Source: an uncultured archaeon (GTDB lineage: Archaea > Asgardarchaeota > Lokiarchaeia > Sigyniarchaeales > SOKP01). Taken from it: a stretch of DNA of 64,000 bases. Every line of letters starts with the position of its first letter. Within the stretch, counting starts at the first letter, position 1. The stretch is from the NCBI GenBank assembly GCA_964508365.1, contig CAZDTP010000002.1, positions 64,001 through 128,000 on the forward strand. The letters run 5' to 3'. Positions 20,500 through 31,107 of this stretch are shown here, one piece after another. Position numbers and translations under genes: made by a program. Under the pieces are notes generated by a model. That model was given only the letters and a program-made list of their open reading frames with translations, had not been told where the DNA came from and did not search any database.

Positions 20500-21693
20500 T
20501 TGGTAATGTTTATGGCAAAAAGAAAACTTAAATCTAAAGGATCTGAAGAGAAGTCCACTGAACAATTCCGCGCGGTTATTGACAATTTGACTACTCTTTC
20601 TATGTATAACGAGAAAAGGAGAGCAGTCTGTATCGTTCGGAAGAATTTAGCGAAAGACTATGATATTGAAGTAGATGCATCTGAAGCACCAGTACTAAAC
20701 AAACTTTCGGAGAATCCCCAACCATTTGAAAGTTCTATGGCTAATCTTAATATATTGGAAGAAGAAGTATTTCCACTAATTGATGCGTTTAAAACTGTTT
20801 TTGGAGAAGAGAAAGAGTTAAAGCTACGCTCCATTAAATTGGCAGTAGGGGGAAGTAATACTGATTATGTTTCAATTAGAGAAAACGATTTAATAAAATA
20901 CGATGTTAAACCAACTTTAACCGGTTTAAAACATTTTATCATAGAAAATAATGACAGTATCTTAGGCTTTTTAGATAGTGAATATGTGAGTGAAGAAGGA
21001 AATGTGATTTACTTAAAGTGTGAAAAGAGAGATGTATCCGACGATATTTATTCTATTAAAATCAAAATTCTCGCGTCTATGCAACAACGGGGTTATTTCC
21101 TCCAACAAGAACATAAATATTACGGTTTGCAGTTATTTATAATAATAGAAGCAAGAAAACCAAACAGCAATAAATTACTTGAATTTTTAAAAGAGCTCGG
21201 AATCGATTGGGAATTGATTTTTTTTAGAAGAAGACTAGCAATTCATGATTGGACTGAAATCGAGTGTCAAGCAAACCCAGATAATTTAAAAAGTTATTTA
21301 AGAGTTAAATATGATACTCTAAATTATTTTGACATCAATAACATGTTAAGATTAATAGTGCATAATGAATTACCTTTTAATGTTGCAGATAAAATGGGAT
21401 CTTTATTATATAAAATGAAATCTGAGAGGTCATTTCAGCTAAAAGAAAAGGAAAGTTATGATAGAACGAATTTCGAGGAATCTTTTCAAAACCGAAGTAC
21501 TATTCGTCGGGCAAACTATGAGGATCAAGTGCAGTCAGTAGATGAATATTCATTGACATTAAAAAAAGCGGAAATTGCTGCTGCTGCAAAAATTGCGTGC
21601 GCATATTTGGGAGTCCCCCAACAAATAGAATTTGACAAAGATATCTCTGATGCAGAGATATTAAAATATCAAGATGAATTAACTAATTTTTAA
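20500..21693 (+). CDS. Hypothetical soluble protein
   Basis: 397-aa ORF with no recognised motif. Confidence 0.75.
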   Translation: MVMFMAKRKLKSKGSEEKSTEQFRAVIDNLTTLSMYNEKRRAVCIVRKNLAKDYDIEVDASEAPVLNKLSENPQPFESSMANLNILEEEVFPLIDAFKTVFGEEKELKLRSIKLAVGGSNTDYVSIRENDLIKYDVKPTLTGLKHFIIENNDSILGFLDSEYVSEEGNVIYLKCEKRDVSDDIYSIKIKILASMQQRGYFLQQEHKYYGLQLFIIIEARKPNSNKLLEFLKELGIDWELIFFRRRLAIHDWTEIECQANPDNLKSYLRVKYDTLNYFDINNMLRLIVHNELPFNVADKMGSLLYKMKSERSFQLKEKESYDRTNFEESFQNRSTIRRANYEDQVQSVDEYSLTLKKAEIAAAAKIACAYLGVPQQIEFDKDISDAEILKYQDELTNF

Positions 21694-21754
21694 ATTTTAG
21701 TGTGAGTCCAAATAATATTAAAAGAAATTAGAAGAAATTTTGACAAAGCAAATT

Positions 21755-22762
21755 CTATTTTAATTTATATGACTCCTTTAATAATTTATGGTTAATTTCG
21801 CCAAAAGTAGCACTCTTTCCAGTTTTTATATTTGTTATAGTGTAAGTTGCCGGAGCAAATAAACCAGGATCAATTGCGTAGAAATCGTAATTAACTGCTT
21901 TAAATGTCTCAAAAAATGGTCTTCCATAGCTATTTGAGGTATTAGCAGGAGCCTTTTTCAATAATTCGAATAACTCGTCTTGTTCTTCTTTTTCAACTTC
22001 TATAGTATAATATGTCATACCCGCAGCTATGATGGAATCATTAGTTCGTCCCATGGCTCCAAGATCGTTTTTAGCAATTGGGGCAATCGTTGTCGTTCCA
22101 AATCCATCCTTAATAACACCAAGAGGAAATTTTAATTCGTGTAATTTATGTATTCCCGTTTCGACAATTCTCGCAGCTACTTGTATAGAACCGGTTAAAC
22201 ACGCTGTTGGTGCACAAAGAGCATATGTTTTATCTGATGCAACTCTGCATTTTTCGGCTACAAAAGCCATTACTTCTTCAGTTGGTAGTTTTGGAGTTTC
22301 AAAGAAGATGATAGCACAATCAGATTTATCATCATATTCAATTTCATCAAATAATTTCTCATTTTTACTTTTTGCTCGAGCTGGTCCTGATCCTAAAGAT
22401 TCAAAGACTTTTTTTTTTTTAACTTCTCCGTCCTTTTCAACTTCTTTTTTTAATTTTACATTCCATCCAGCTAATTGTGATGCCATACAAGATATTATAG
22501 GTTGTGATGTATGAACATTAACACTAGGGATAAAATGTTCGTCTAGTTTATAAGATGCGAAATCAACCGTTCCTAATCCGCCCATACAAATTTCTCCAAC
22601 CAGTTTTCCTCCATTCCAAGATGCATTTGTCATATCTATGACGGTTGCTCCATTATCATATTGAATTATTTCTGTTTTATAATAGTCTTTATTCTCTACT
22701 ATTTGATTAACAAGTATTAAAGCTAACTCGTTTATTTTAATATGTTGTGTCATATTTTTCAC
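21755..22762 (-). CDS. mch: Methenyltetrahydromethanopterin cyclohydrolase
   Basis: EICMGGLG, MASQLAGW, LGSGPARA, APTACLTGSIQVAARIVETG, MGRTND and IDPGLFAPA motifs. Confidence 0.96.
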   Translation of the reverse strand: MKNMTQHIKINELALILVNQIVENKDYYKTEIIQYDNGATVIDMTNASWNGGKLVGEICMGGLGTVDFASYKLDEHFIPSVNVHTSQPIISCMASQLAGWNVKLKKEVEKDGEVKKKKVFESLGSGPARAKSKNEKLFDEIEYDDKSDCAIIFFETPKLPTEEVMAFVAEKCRVASDKTYALCAPTACLTGSIQVAARIVETGIHKLHELKFPLGVIKDGFGTTTIAPIAKNDLGAMGRTNDSIIAAGMTYYTIEVEKEEQDELFELLKKAPANTSNSYGRPFFETFKAVNYDFYAIDPGLFAPATYTITNIKTGKSATFGEINHKLLKESYKLK

Positions 22763-22846
22763 TTATTTTTTTTTTTGATTGAGTATTTATTATTAAAATC
22801 TTATTTCTATATATTAAATTAAGTTTATTTTAAAATTTTATAAAAA

Positions 22847-24364
22847 ATGAATAAAATAACAAAAAACCTTGAGTTATTAAATTCCGATCTTAAAAAGACT
22901 AAAGATTGGTTTATAGACCATCTAAAAAAATCAGAATCAACGGTACATATTTATACCCATCTTGATGCAGATGGGCTATCGGCTGGAGCAATTCTCGGGA
23001 AAGCTTTATACAGAGAAAAGATTCCATTTCAAATAACCGTTTTAAGGCAGTTGGAAAGAGAAGAGATAATAAAAATAGCAGAAAATTCTAAAGATAGCAA
23101 GAAATTCTTAATCTTTGCTGATTTTGGAAGTGGTCAGTATTTAGAACTCACTGAAAAACTGAATAGTCTCAATAATAATATTCCATTTATTATATTTGAT
23201 CACCATTTACCTCAAAATGTCTCGGAAAAAAACGATAGTAAAATTAAAGAAATTTACTCTAATTCAAGACCTTGGCATATCAACTCTTATTTTTACGAAG
23301 TTGACGGTAGTGGTGAAATTTCAGGGGCGGGGCTTTGTTATTTTTTTGTAAAAATTATAAATCAGAAAAATTTCGATTTATCTCCTATTGCACTTGTAGG
23401 AGCAACGGGAGATATTCAAAGTCGAGGCCCTAATAATTCCTTTACTGGATTAAATACTGTAATTTTAGAACATGCCACCAAAGCAGATTTAATTGAAGTG
23501 AACAACGATTTAAATTTTTCACCGATTAAACCCTTAAATGAAGCAATCTCATATTCAACTGAGATTAATCTTCCGGGATTAAGTGATAATACAAGTAAAA
23601 TGTTAAAATTCTTAAAATCATTAGGAATTTTAATGGAAAATTCGCAAGGAGACATAAGAACACTGAACGACCTTAATCAAGAGGAAAAACAAAAAGTTTC
23701 TTCTGCAATTATAGAGTATATGTCTCTCAAGTTAAATATTGAGCCTTCTGAAATTATAGAGAAACTTATCGTAAATAGATATATTTTAAAGAATGAAATT
23801 GTGGGATCGGAATTACATGATTTAAATGATTTCGCATATCTATTGAATTCATGTGGAAGGAGTGATAACGCATCGTTAGGAATTGCTATAGCAATGGGTG
23901 ATAGAAGAATTGCTTATAATAGAGCGAAAGATAATTTGTTAAATTATAAGAAATCTTTAGTTCAAGCGTTATCGTGGTTAAAGGATGAGAATAAGATTCA
24001 ATACAAGAACAATATCCAATATTTTTTTGGCGAAAATATTATCCCTGAAAACATTGTGGGTACAATTGCTTCCATGTTAATATTTAGTAAAAGTGGTATT
24101 ATTGACATAAACAAACCAATTTTTGGGTGTGCAAAAAGAAAGGACGAGGAAGTGTTCAAAATATCGGGGAGAGCTCACGAAAGTATTGTAAAAAAGGGTG
24201 TAAATCTTTCTGAAGCAATTAGGGAAGCTTTAGAACTTTCAAATTTAGAAGCTTTAGGCGGTGGACATCCCCCAGCAGCAGGTACGAAAGTACCAATAAA
24301 CAAAATAGAAGTTTTTTTAGAAAATTGTGACAACATAATTGAAAAACAAATGCGAGAGAATTAG
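22847..24364 (+). CDS. RecJ/Cdc45-like DHH phosphoesterase (archaeal RecJ/GAN-type)
   Basis: HLDADGLSAG, ADFGSGQ, FDHH, GATGD and C-terminal DHHA1 GGGHPPAAG motifs. Confidence 0.9.
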   Translation: MNKITKNLELLNSDLKKTKDWFIDHLKKSESTVHIYTHLDADGLSAGAILGKALYREKIPFQITVLRQLEREEIIKIAENSKDSKKFLIFADFGSGQYLELTEKLNSLNNNIPFIIFDHHLPQNVSEKNDSKIKEIYSNSRPWHINSYFYEVDGSGEISGAGLCYFFVKIINQKNFDLSPIALVGATGDIQSRGPNNSFTGLNTVILEHATKADLIEVNNDLNFSPIKPLNEAISYSTEINLPGLSDNTSKMLKFLKSLGILMENSQGDIRTLNDLNQEEKQKVSSAIIEYMSLKLNIEPSEIIEKLIVNRYILKNEIVGSELHDLNDFAYLLNSCGRSDNASLGIAIAMGDRRIAYNRAKDNLLNYKKSLVQALSWLKDENKIQYKNNIQYFFGENIIPENIVGTIASMLIFSKSGIIDINKPIFGCAKRKDEEVFKISGRAHESIVKKGVNLSEAIREALELSNLEALGGGHPPAAGTKVPINKIEVFLENCDNIIEKQMREN

Positions 24365-24388
24365 AAATTTAATTTAAAATATTACTTT

Positions 24389-25693
24389 CTATAATAAATA
24401 ACTTTCACCTATCTCTGGTGCTACAGAATTATAATTTTCTCTTGATAATTTGTGAGCAAATGAGGTAGTTGATTTCTCATCTCCATGTACGCAAAAAATA
24501 AAATTTGAATTATTGTGAAATTTAACTTCATTAATATAATCGTTTAGGTGGACTTTATCTGCGTGACTTGAGAAGTCAAAGTAATCTATTTTACACTTTG
24601 CTTTAATTAGCATATCTCGGGATTCATAAGTTTTTCTGCTTTTTTCTTTAAATTCAAAAATTTTTTCATCAACTAATTTTCTACCAGGTGTCCCCTCAAC
24701 TTGATACCCGACTAGAAAAACTGCAGAATTTGGATCCTCTAAAAAAGTTGGGATGTAATCTATAGCAGCTCCACCTTTTAACATACCTGACGGAGATATA
24801 ATCAAAGCTCGCGACTTTCCTCCCATTTTCTTTCTCTTTTCTTTAGAAACTAATTGAGCCTTTTTCGCTGCTGACTTAAGACGAGGAAAATTCCGGAAAG
24901 ATTCAGGAAATTGAGAATACTCAGTTAAAATTTTCCTAGCTAACCCGTCGACATAAATGTCATTTTTATAATTGTACTTTTCTAAAACAAGTAAAATTTC
25001 CTGTGATCGAGCAACCCCAAAAGCAGGAATTAGAACATTTCCACCATTCTCTATAGTGTTTAAAGTATCTTCAATGAATCTTTTTTCTAGTTCTTCTCTC
25101 AAGGGATGTTCTCTATCAGAATATGTGGATTCTATAATTAGAGCATCTATTTCGGGTAATTCGTGAGGGTTAGCTGGATAAACTAGGTTTGTTTCTTGGG
25201 TGTTAATGTCGCCAGTATATAGAATTTTCTTCTTATCGACTTCAACTAGTATAGAAACGCTTCCAGGGATATGTCCTGCGTTAAAAAAAGTAAGATAAAA
25301 TTCATGGTCTATTTTTTGGCGTACTCCATTTTTTAAAAATAAAGTATTTTTTCTAGTTTTTTTAAGCTCTCTGTATCCGAAAGGGTAGGGATAATTGGAA
25401 ATTTTAATCATATCTTCAAGTAAAATTTCTGAAATTCTTAGCGTTAATGGATTGGTGAAAAGCGGGATGTCGCGATCTTTAAATAAAAAGGGCAATCCTC
25501 CAGAATGGTCTACATGACAGTGAGAAAGAGCAATTGCTTTAAGATTATGAATATCAGCTTTAAATGGTAAGCGTTCTTCCCCAGTAAATCTAATACCATA
25601 ATCTAAAATGCATTGTACGCCACTTTTTGATTCAACTAATATTGCTGAGCGCCCAACTTCTCTACAGCTCCCTAAAAAAGAAATTTTTGCCAC
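24389..25693 (-). CDS. MBL-fold beta-CASP ribonuclease (aCPSF family)
   Basis: GSCREVGRS, HCHVDHSG, AGHIPGS, TGD, ESTY, GYQVEGTPGR and FSSHAD motifs. Confidence 0.92.
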   Translation of the reverse strand: MAKISFLGSCREVGRSAILVESKSGVQCILDYGIRFTGEERLPFKADIHNLKAIALSHCHVDHSGGLPFLFKDRDIPLFTNPLTLRISEILLEDMIKISNYPYPFGYRELKKTRKNTLFLKNGVRQKIDHEFYLTFFNAGHIPGSVSILVEVDKKKILYTGDINTQETNLVYPANPHELPEIDALIIESTYSDREHPLREELEKRFIEDTLNTIENGGNVLIPAFGVARSQEILLVLEKYNYKNDIYVDGLARKILTEYSQFPESFRNFPRLKSAAKKAQLVSKEKRKKMGGKSRALIISPSGMLKGGAAIDYIPTFLEDPNSAVFLVGYQVEGTPGRKLVDEKIFEFKEKSRKTYESRDMLIKAKCKIDYFDFSSHADKVHLNDYINEVKFHNNSNFIFCVHGDEKSTTSFAHKLSRENYNSVAPEIGESYLL

Positions 25694-25815
25694 GTTAAAA
25701 AAACTCTATTAATTTTAAATAAATATCAAAAAACTTTTTACTTAGTTAAAACAATCCAAAAATATCAAGTTTTTTATTTAGTTAAATTAAAACATAAAAA
25801 AATAGGATTCAAATT

Positions 25816-26679
25816 ATGAAATTTGAAGGTAAAGCTGAAATTGGAATAATTGGGGGAACAGGATCAGATATAAAACTTGAAAATGTTGAAGATCTAAAAA
25901 TATACACACCGTACGGTCACACTTCTGATTTTATTCAAGTTGGTGAGTTTAAAGGTAAAAAGGTTGCATACATCTCCCGACATGGTAAAGGTCATACAAT
26001 ACCTCCACACAATGTAAATTCTAGATCGAATATTTGGGCATTGAAAGAATTGGGAGTTAAAGGTATTATTTCACCCTCAGCTGTTGGATCTTTAAAAAAG
26101 GAACATGGTAAACGAAAATTTATCATGGTTGATCAATACATTGATAGAACAAAAAAGAGGTTAGATACTTTTTATGAGGGTGGACAAGTGTGTCATATTA
26201 ACCAAGCGGATCCATATTGTAGCTATCTTAATGATCTCTTTTTCGAAACTGGAAAAAGTATTGAAGGATTAGATATTCAAAATGGTGGTACATATGTTTG
26301 TATTGAAGGGCCTCGATTTTCGACAAGAGCCGAATCTAAAATGTTTAGACAATGGGGAGGAGATATCATAGGAATGACAACTTACCCTGAAGTAGTCCTC
26401 GCAGCTGAAAAGGAGATTTTTTACTGTTGTATTGCCATGGTAACTGACTTAGATGTGTGGGCAGGGGAATGCCAGAACTGTGGAGTTGTAGAGATTAAAG
26501 AATATTGTGAGACCTGTGGAGGGCCCGTAAAGAAACTAGCGGTGAGTATAGAAGAAATTTTAGATACAATGGAGAAAAACTCGACAAACTTAATGAAAAT
26601 GTTAGAACTAACAATTCCTAAAATAGATTTTGAAAAGGAGTGCACATGTAAGCATTCCCTATCAGGATCAATAATTTAA
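25816..26679 (+). CDS. mtnP: S-methyl-5'-thioadenosine phosphorylase with a zinc-ribbon insertion
   Basis: IGIIGGTG, TPYG, RHGKGH, EGPRFSTRAES, GMTTYPE and MVTDLD motifs. Confidence 0.93.
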   Translation: MKFEGKAEIGIIGGTGSDIKLENVEDLKIYTPYGHTSDFIQVGEFKGKKVAYISRHGKGHTIPPHNVNSRSNIWALKELGVKGIISPSAVGSLKKEHGKRKFIMVDQYIDRTKKRLDTFYEGGQVCHINQADPYCSYLNDLFFETGKSIEGLDIQNGGTYVCIEGPRFSTRAESKMFRQWGGDIIGMTTYPEVVLAAEKEIFYCCIAMVTDLDVWAGECQNCGVVEIKEYCETCGGPVKKLAVSIEEILDTMEKNSTNLMKMLELTIPKIDFEKECTCKHSLSGSII

Positions 26680-26758
26680 TAAGGCAACATCACTCAACCT
26701 ATATTTTTTTATTAATATTATTTATATTACTAATTTCGACATTGTTTTTCAATTGTAA

Positions 26759-28195
26759 TTAATCGTGTAAAATCGGATTTCTGGCAGCAATTACTGCGTC
26801 AAGGCGTCCTATAGGCGTATTAGAAGGCGCATTTTTTAGTTTTTCGGGCTCATTTAGCGCTTCGTTGTAAATTTGATACATTACTTCAACAAACTTGTCT
26901 AAAGAGTTTTTAGATTCTGTTTCTGTTGGCTCAATCATAAGGGCTCCATTTACTATTAGTGGAAAATATATTGTTGGAGCATAAAAACCATAATCTAGTA
27001 TCCGTTTTGCTATATCTTCAGTATTAATATCATTTGGTAAGTACTTATCAGATAGGACAAATTCGTGTTGACAAATCCGGTCGTATGGAAGAGCGTAATT
27101 TTTCTTAAGTAGAGTTTTCAGATAATTAGCATTTAATACCGCAATCTGTCCAACTCGTTTTAATCCATCAGCACCTAAAGAAAGGATATAAACAAAAGCC
27201 CTTAAAACTATTCCAAAATTACCCCAAAAAGCTTTAATTCTCCCTATTGAATCGTGGTTCTCATAATTACAGATTATTCCTTTATCTGTTGATACAATAC
27301 AAGGTATAGGAAGAAAAGGAATTAATTCGTTAGTAACTCCCACTGGTCCAGAACCAGGCCCACCACCCCCATGAGGCGTAGAAAATGTTTTGTGTAAGTT
27401 CAAATGAACTATGTCAAATCCCATGTCTTTAGGGCGACAAATCCCTAACATAGGATTCAAGTTTGCTCCATCATAATAACACAACCCACCGTGCTCATGA
27501 ACGATCCTCGTTATGTCTTTAATTTGCCTATCAAAAACACCTAAAGTATTCGGATTTGTAAGCATAATTCCCGCTACATCTCCTTGCTTCATCGCATATT
27601 CGAGATGATCCAGAGGAACTTCCCCATGTTCATTTGATTGTAATTCAATCATCGAAAATCCTGCCATTTTTGCAGACGCAGGATTAGTACCATGAGCCGA
27701 ATCGGGAACAATTATTTTATTTTTTACGATTCCTTTTGTCTCAAAAAATTTTTTTATAATTAATAATCCTACCAATTCTCCATGCGCTCCAGCCGCTGGT
27801 TGTAATGTAAAACCATCCATTCCTGTAATTTCACATAACATTTTTGAAATTTCATTCAATATTTCTAAAGCGCCTTCATTCTCATCTTGAAGTGGGTGTA
27901 ATTGTGAAAAACTAGTCATTCTTGCTACGACTTCATTGATTTTTGGGTTATATTTCATAGTGCATGAGCCTAATGGATAAATTCCAGAATCTACGCCATA
28001 ATTAATTTTACTCAATTTTACATAATGACGCACGATTTCCACTTCAGAAACATCAGGAATTCGTAGTTCGTCTCTAATAAGATTTTTGGGTAATATCTCA
28101 TCGATCCTTTTAGATTTAACATCTAGTTTGGGTATGAAATTTCGTTGAACAAGCCCATTCCCCTTATCAAATATTAAACACTCATCAGCATCCAT
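26759..28195 (-). CDS. gcvPB: Glycine dehydrogenase (decarboxylating) subunit 2
   Basis: YPLGSCTMKYNP, QPAAGAHGE, SAHGTNPASA and HLNLHKTFSTPHGGGGPGSG (PLP lysine) motifs. Confidence 0.96.
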   Translation of the reverse strand: MDADECLIFDKGNGLVQRNFIPKLDVKSKRIDEILPKNLIRDELRIPDVSEVEIVRHYVKLSKINYGVDSGIYPLGSCTMKYNPKINEVVARMTSFSQLHPLQDENEGALEILNEISKMLCEITGMDGFTLQPAAGAHGELVGLLIIKKFFETKGIVKNKIIVPDSAHGTNPASAKMAGFSMIELQSNEHGEVPLDHLEYAMKQGDVAGIMLTNPNTLGVFDRQIKDITRIVHEHGGLCYYDGANLNPMLGICRPKDMGFDIVHLNLHKTFSTPHGGGGPGSGPVGVTNELIPFLPIPCIVSTDKGIICNYENHDSIGRIKAFWGNFGIVLRAFVYILSLGADGLKRVGQIAVLNANYLKTLLKKNYALPYDRICQHEFVLSDKYLPNDINTEDIAKRILDYGFYAPTIYFPLIVNGALMIEPTETESKNSLDKFVEVMYQIYNEALNEPEKLKNAPSNTPIGRLDAVIAARNPILHD

Positions 28196-29547
28196 TAGTC
28201 AGCACGCTCCTCTTCGTAGTTTATGGCTAGTCTAGCTGCTTTAATGAACTTCTCGATAGAACTACGCGAATTTAGCTCAGTTACACAAACAAGAACAACA
28301 TCTGACATATCAGGATAATAGGTTGAAATTTGAAGAGGAGGAAGTAAGTTCATTTTTTTGCATTCTCGAATTAAACCATTAATGTTTGGACACCTTACAA
28401 TAAATTCGTTATAAGTAGGTTTTTTGTTTAAAATTTTGTAGCCCGGGATTGATGCTATAGCTTTCTTAACATAATGAGCTTTTTGAAAATTCTGGTTGGC
28501 AATTTCGCGTAACCCCGTTCTTCCTAATGAGACGAGATAAATAAGCGCAGACAGTGAGCATAATGCTTGGTTAGTACATATGTTCGAACTTGCTTTTTCC
28601 CTCCTAATGTGCTGTTCTCGAGCTTGTAATGTTAACAAGAAACCTTCACGGTCTCCGTTTATCTCTTTGGTTTTTCCAACTAATCTTCCCGGTATTTTCC
28701 TCAGAAATTTCTTTTTTGCTGTGAAAATTCCTAAGCCTGGACCCCCAAATGATGGACTTATTCCAAAGGACTGACCCTCTGCCACGAATATATCTACATT
28801 AGTTTTTCCAGGGGGTTTCAAGAGCCCTAGACAAGTAGGGTCAGTCATACACTGGATCAACAAACAGTTGGGATACTTTTCCTTCACTTTATTTGACATC
28901 ACTAAAACATCGGTAATGTCTCCAAAAAAATTTGGGCTTTGGAACATAACGGCGGCAATATCTTCGTTTAACACATCATTCAATTTATCTTCAGAAGTAA
29001 TTATAAGTTCGATGTTTTGTCCCCAACAATAAGTCTTCACTACATCAATATAATCGGGATGAACACCTTCTAATAAAATGACTTGATTTTTCCCCGATAT
29101 AATAGAAGCCATGATAGCTGCTTCTGCAAGGGATGTCGATCCATCGTACATACTCGCGTTAGCAACTTCCATTTCAGTGAGTCGAGAGATTACGCTCTGA
29201 TATTCGTAAATTGCCTGTAGATAACCTTGACTAGCTTCTGCTTGGTATGGTGTGTATGAAGTATAGAATTCCGATCGACTTATAACAAAATCAACTAAGG
29301 AAGGGATATAGTGATAGTAACAACCAGCTCCTAAAAATGAATGAGAATATATTTTATTTTTATTGCCATACTCTTTCATTTTATCTAGAACATCAGGTTC
29401 CGACATCCCTTCAGAGATATTTAATGTTTTAATGATTAAATCTTTAGGAATATCTTGAAACAAATCATCTACATCGGGAACATTAATAATTTTAAGCATT
29501 TCAGCTATAGTTTTCTCATCATGAGATATAAAATCCATTTTATCCAA
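28195..29547 (-). CDS. gcvPA: Glycine dehydrogenase (decarboxylating) subunit 1
   Basis: FLGAGCY, YTPYQAEASQG, NASMYDGST and LQAREQHIRREKASSNICTNQAL motifs. Confidence 0.96.
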   Translation of the reverse strand: MDKMDFISHDEKTIAEMLKIINVPDVDDLFQDIPKDLIIKTLNISEGMSEPDVLDKMKEYGNKNKIYSHSFLGAGCYYHYIPSLVDFVISRSEFYTSYTPYQAEASQGYLQAIYEYQSVISRLTEMEVANASMYDGSTSLAEAAIMASIISGKNQVILLEGVHPDYIDVVKTYCWGQNIELIITSEDKLNDVLNEDIAAVMFQSPNFFGDITDVLVMSNKVKEKYPNCLLIQCMTDPTCLGLLKPPGKTNVDIFVAEGQSFGISPSFGGPGLGIFTAKKKFLRKIPGRLVGKTKEINGDREGFLLTLQAREQHIRREKASSNICTNQALCSLSALIYLVSLGRTGLREIANQNFQKAHYVKKAIASIPGYKILNKKPTYNEFIVRCPNINGLIRECKKMNLLPPLQISTYYPDMSDVVLVCVTELNSRSSIEKFIKAARLAINYEEERAD

Positions 29548-29593
29548 CTCCTATAAATAAAAAATTTAAAATAAAAGTTTTACCATAATCTCG

Positions 29594-29986
29594 TTAATTC
29601 TCTTCTTCTGCGATTCTTTTATAATCTTCAACTGATAAAAGATCGTTGATCTCCAATTCATTTGTATATTCTAATTTAAGCATCCAACCAGAGCTAAAAG
29701 GAGAAGAATTAACTAATTCGGGATTTTCAACAAGGGTACTGTTTACTTCAATAATTCTACCAGATAATGGCATTAACAACTCACCGACTGCTTTTACAGA
29801 TTCAATTTCACCAGCGCTGCTCTGTCTTTCCAAATTTGCCCCTTTTTCTGGCAACTCGATATACACAATATCACCTAATTGATGTTGAGCAAAATCTGTT
29901 ATACCTACAGTGGCTGTTTTATCTTCGAGTCTTACCCATTCATGCGTTTTCGTATATTTTAAGTTATCAGGGAATTCATAATTCAT
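29594..29986 (-). CDS. gcvH: Glycine cleavage system H protein
   Basis: YTKTHEW, GITDFAQHQLGDIVY and IESVKA (lipoyl lysine) motifs. Confidence 0.96.
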   Translation of the reverse strand: MNYEFPDNLKYTKTHEWVRLEDKTATVGITDFAQHQLGDIVYIELPEKGANLERQSSAGEIESVKAVGELLMPLSGRIIEVNSTLVENPELVNSSPFSSGWMLKLEYTNELEINDLLSVEDYKRIAEEEN

Positions 29987-30021
29987 ATTTATCTACCTCA
30001 TACTATAAAATAAAGTGTTAT

Positions 30022-31107
30022 TCAAACATTGCGAAAGAACGGTGTAGATACGACAGTTCCTTTAAGATTTTTATTTCTCACTTGAATTTCAAGCGTAGTT
30101 CCTATCTCTTTGTATTGTTTATTAATAAGACCTAAACCAATCGTTTTTTTGAGAGTTGGAGAATATCCTCCTGAGGTGACATACCCAATTTCGACATTTT
30201 CCTTGAAAATTTTAAAATTTTCTCTAATGATACCTCGTTCCAATAAATTCAATCCTACTATTATTCTCTCAGTTCCATGTGTTTTTTGTTCCATAAGTAT
30301 TTTTTTACCAATGTACTCTATCCCCTCTTTAGGTTTAACTAACCAAAATAGTCCTGCCTCTACAGGCGTTATTGAATCGTTTATTTCATGGCCATATAAA
30401 GAATAGGTGGCCTCTAACCTTAAAGAATCTCTTGCCCCTAAACCAGCTGGAGATGCTCCAGTTTGGATCAAATCACTCCAAGTTTTCTCTGCGTAGACAT
30501 TATCGATTGATAATTCAAATCCTCTCTCACCAGTATAACCTGTTCTAGCGATAAATATCGGAGCTTTATTTAAATTACCATGAGCAAAATAGAAGCGATT
30601 AATCGAGTTTAAATCTACATCAACCAAAGGTTGTAGATATTCATCAGATTTGGGACCTTGAAAAGCTAAACGCGATCGCACTGAAGATAAGTTGGTGATT
30701 TTTACATCTCTACTACCTATATGCTCGTTTAACCACTGAAAGTCTTTTTCAACATTCCCAGCATTAACAATCATTCTAAATTTGTTTGGATTTTCTTCGT
30801 AATAAACTAAATCATCAACGACGGTACCGTTATCGAAACACATGCAAGAATATTGACCTTTCGATGGTTCGAGTAAGTTTAAATCGTTTATCATTACATA
30901 TTGAAGAAAGTCAATGACATCCTCACCCTCCAACAGAAATTCGCCCATGTGAGATACATCAAATACCCCTGCTTTAGATCGTACTGCTTCATGCTCTTTT
31001 ATGATGCTGTCGTATTGAACTGGCATACTAAAACCAGCAAAATCTACCATCTTTGCTCCTAATTCTATATGACAGTTATAGAAGGGCGTTTTTTTAAGTT
31101 CTGGAAT
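30022..31107 (-). CDS. gcvT: Glycine cleavage system aminomethyltransferase T
   Basis: FDVSHMG, TGYTGERGFE, GLGARDSLRLEA and VTSGGYSP motifs. The conserved N-terminus LKKTPFY...ELGAKMVDFAG extends upstream of the tracked ATG 31050; the proposed start is ATT at 31107. Confidence 0.93.
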   Translation of the reverse strand: MPELKKTPFYNCHIELGAKMVDFAGFSMPVQYDSIIKEHEAVRSKAGVFDVSHMGEFLLEGEDVIDFLQYVMINDLNLLEPSKGQYSCMCFDNGTVVDDLVYYEENPNKFRMIVNAGNVEKDFQWLNEHIGSRDVKITNLSSVRSRLAFQGPKSDEYLQPLVDVDLNSINRFYFAHGNLNKAPIFIARTGYTGERGFELSIDNVYAEKTWSDLIQTGASPAGLGARDSLRLEATYSLYGHEINDSITPVEAGLFWLVKPKEGIEYIGKKILMEQKTHGTERIIVGLNLLERGIIRENFKIFKENVEIGYVTSGGYSPTLKKTIGLGLINKQYKEIGTTLEIQVRNKNLKGTVVSTPFFRNV

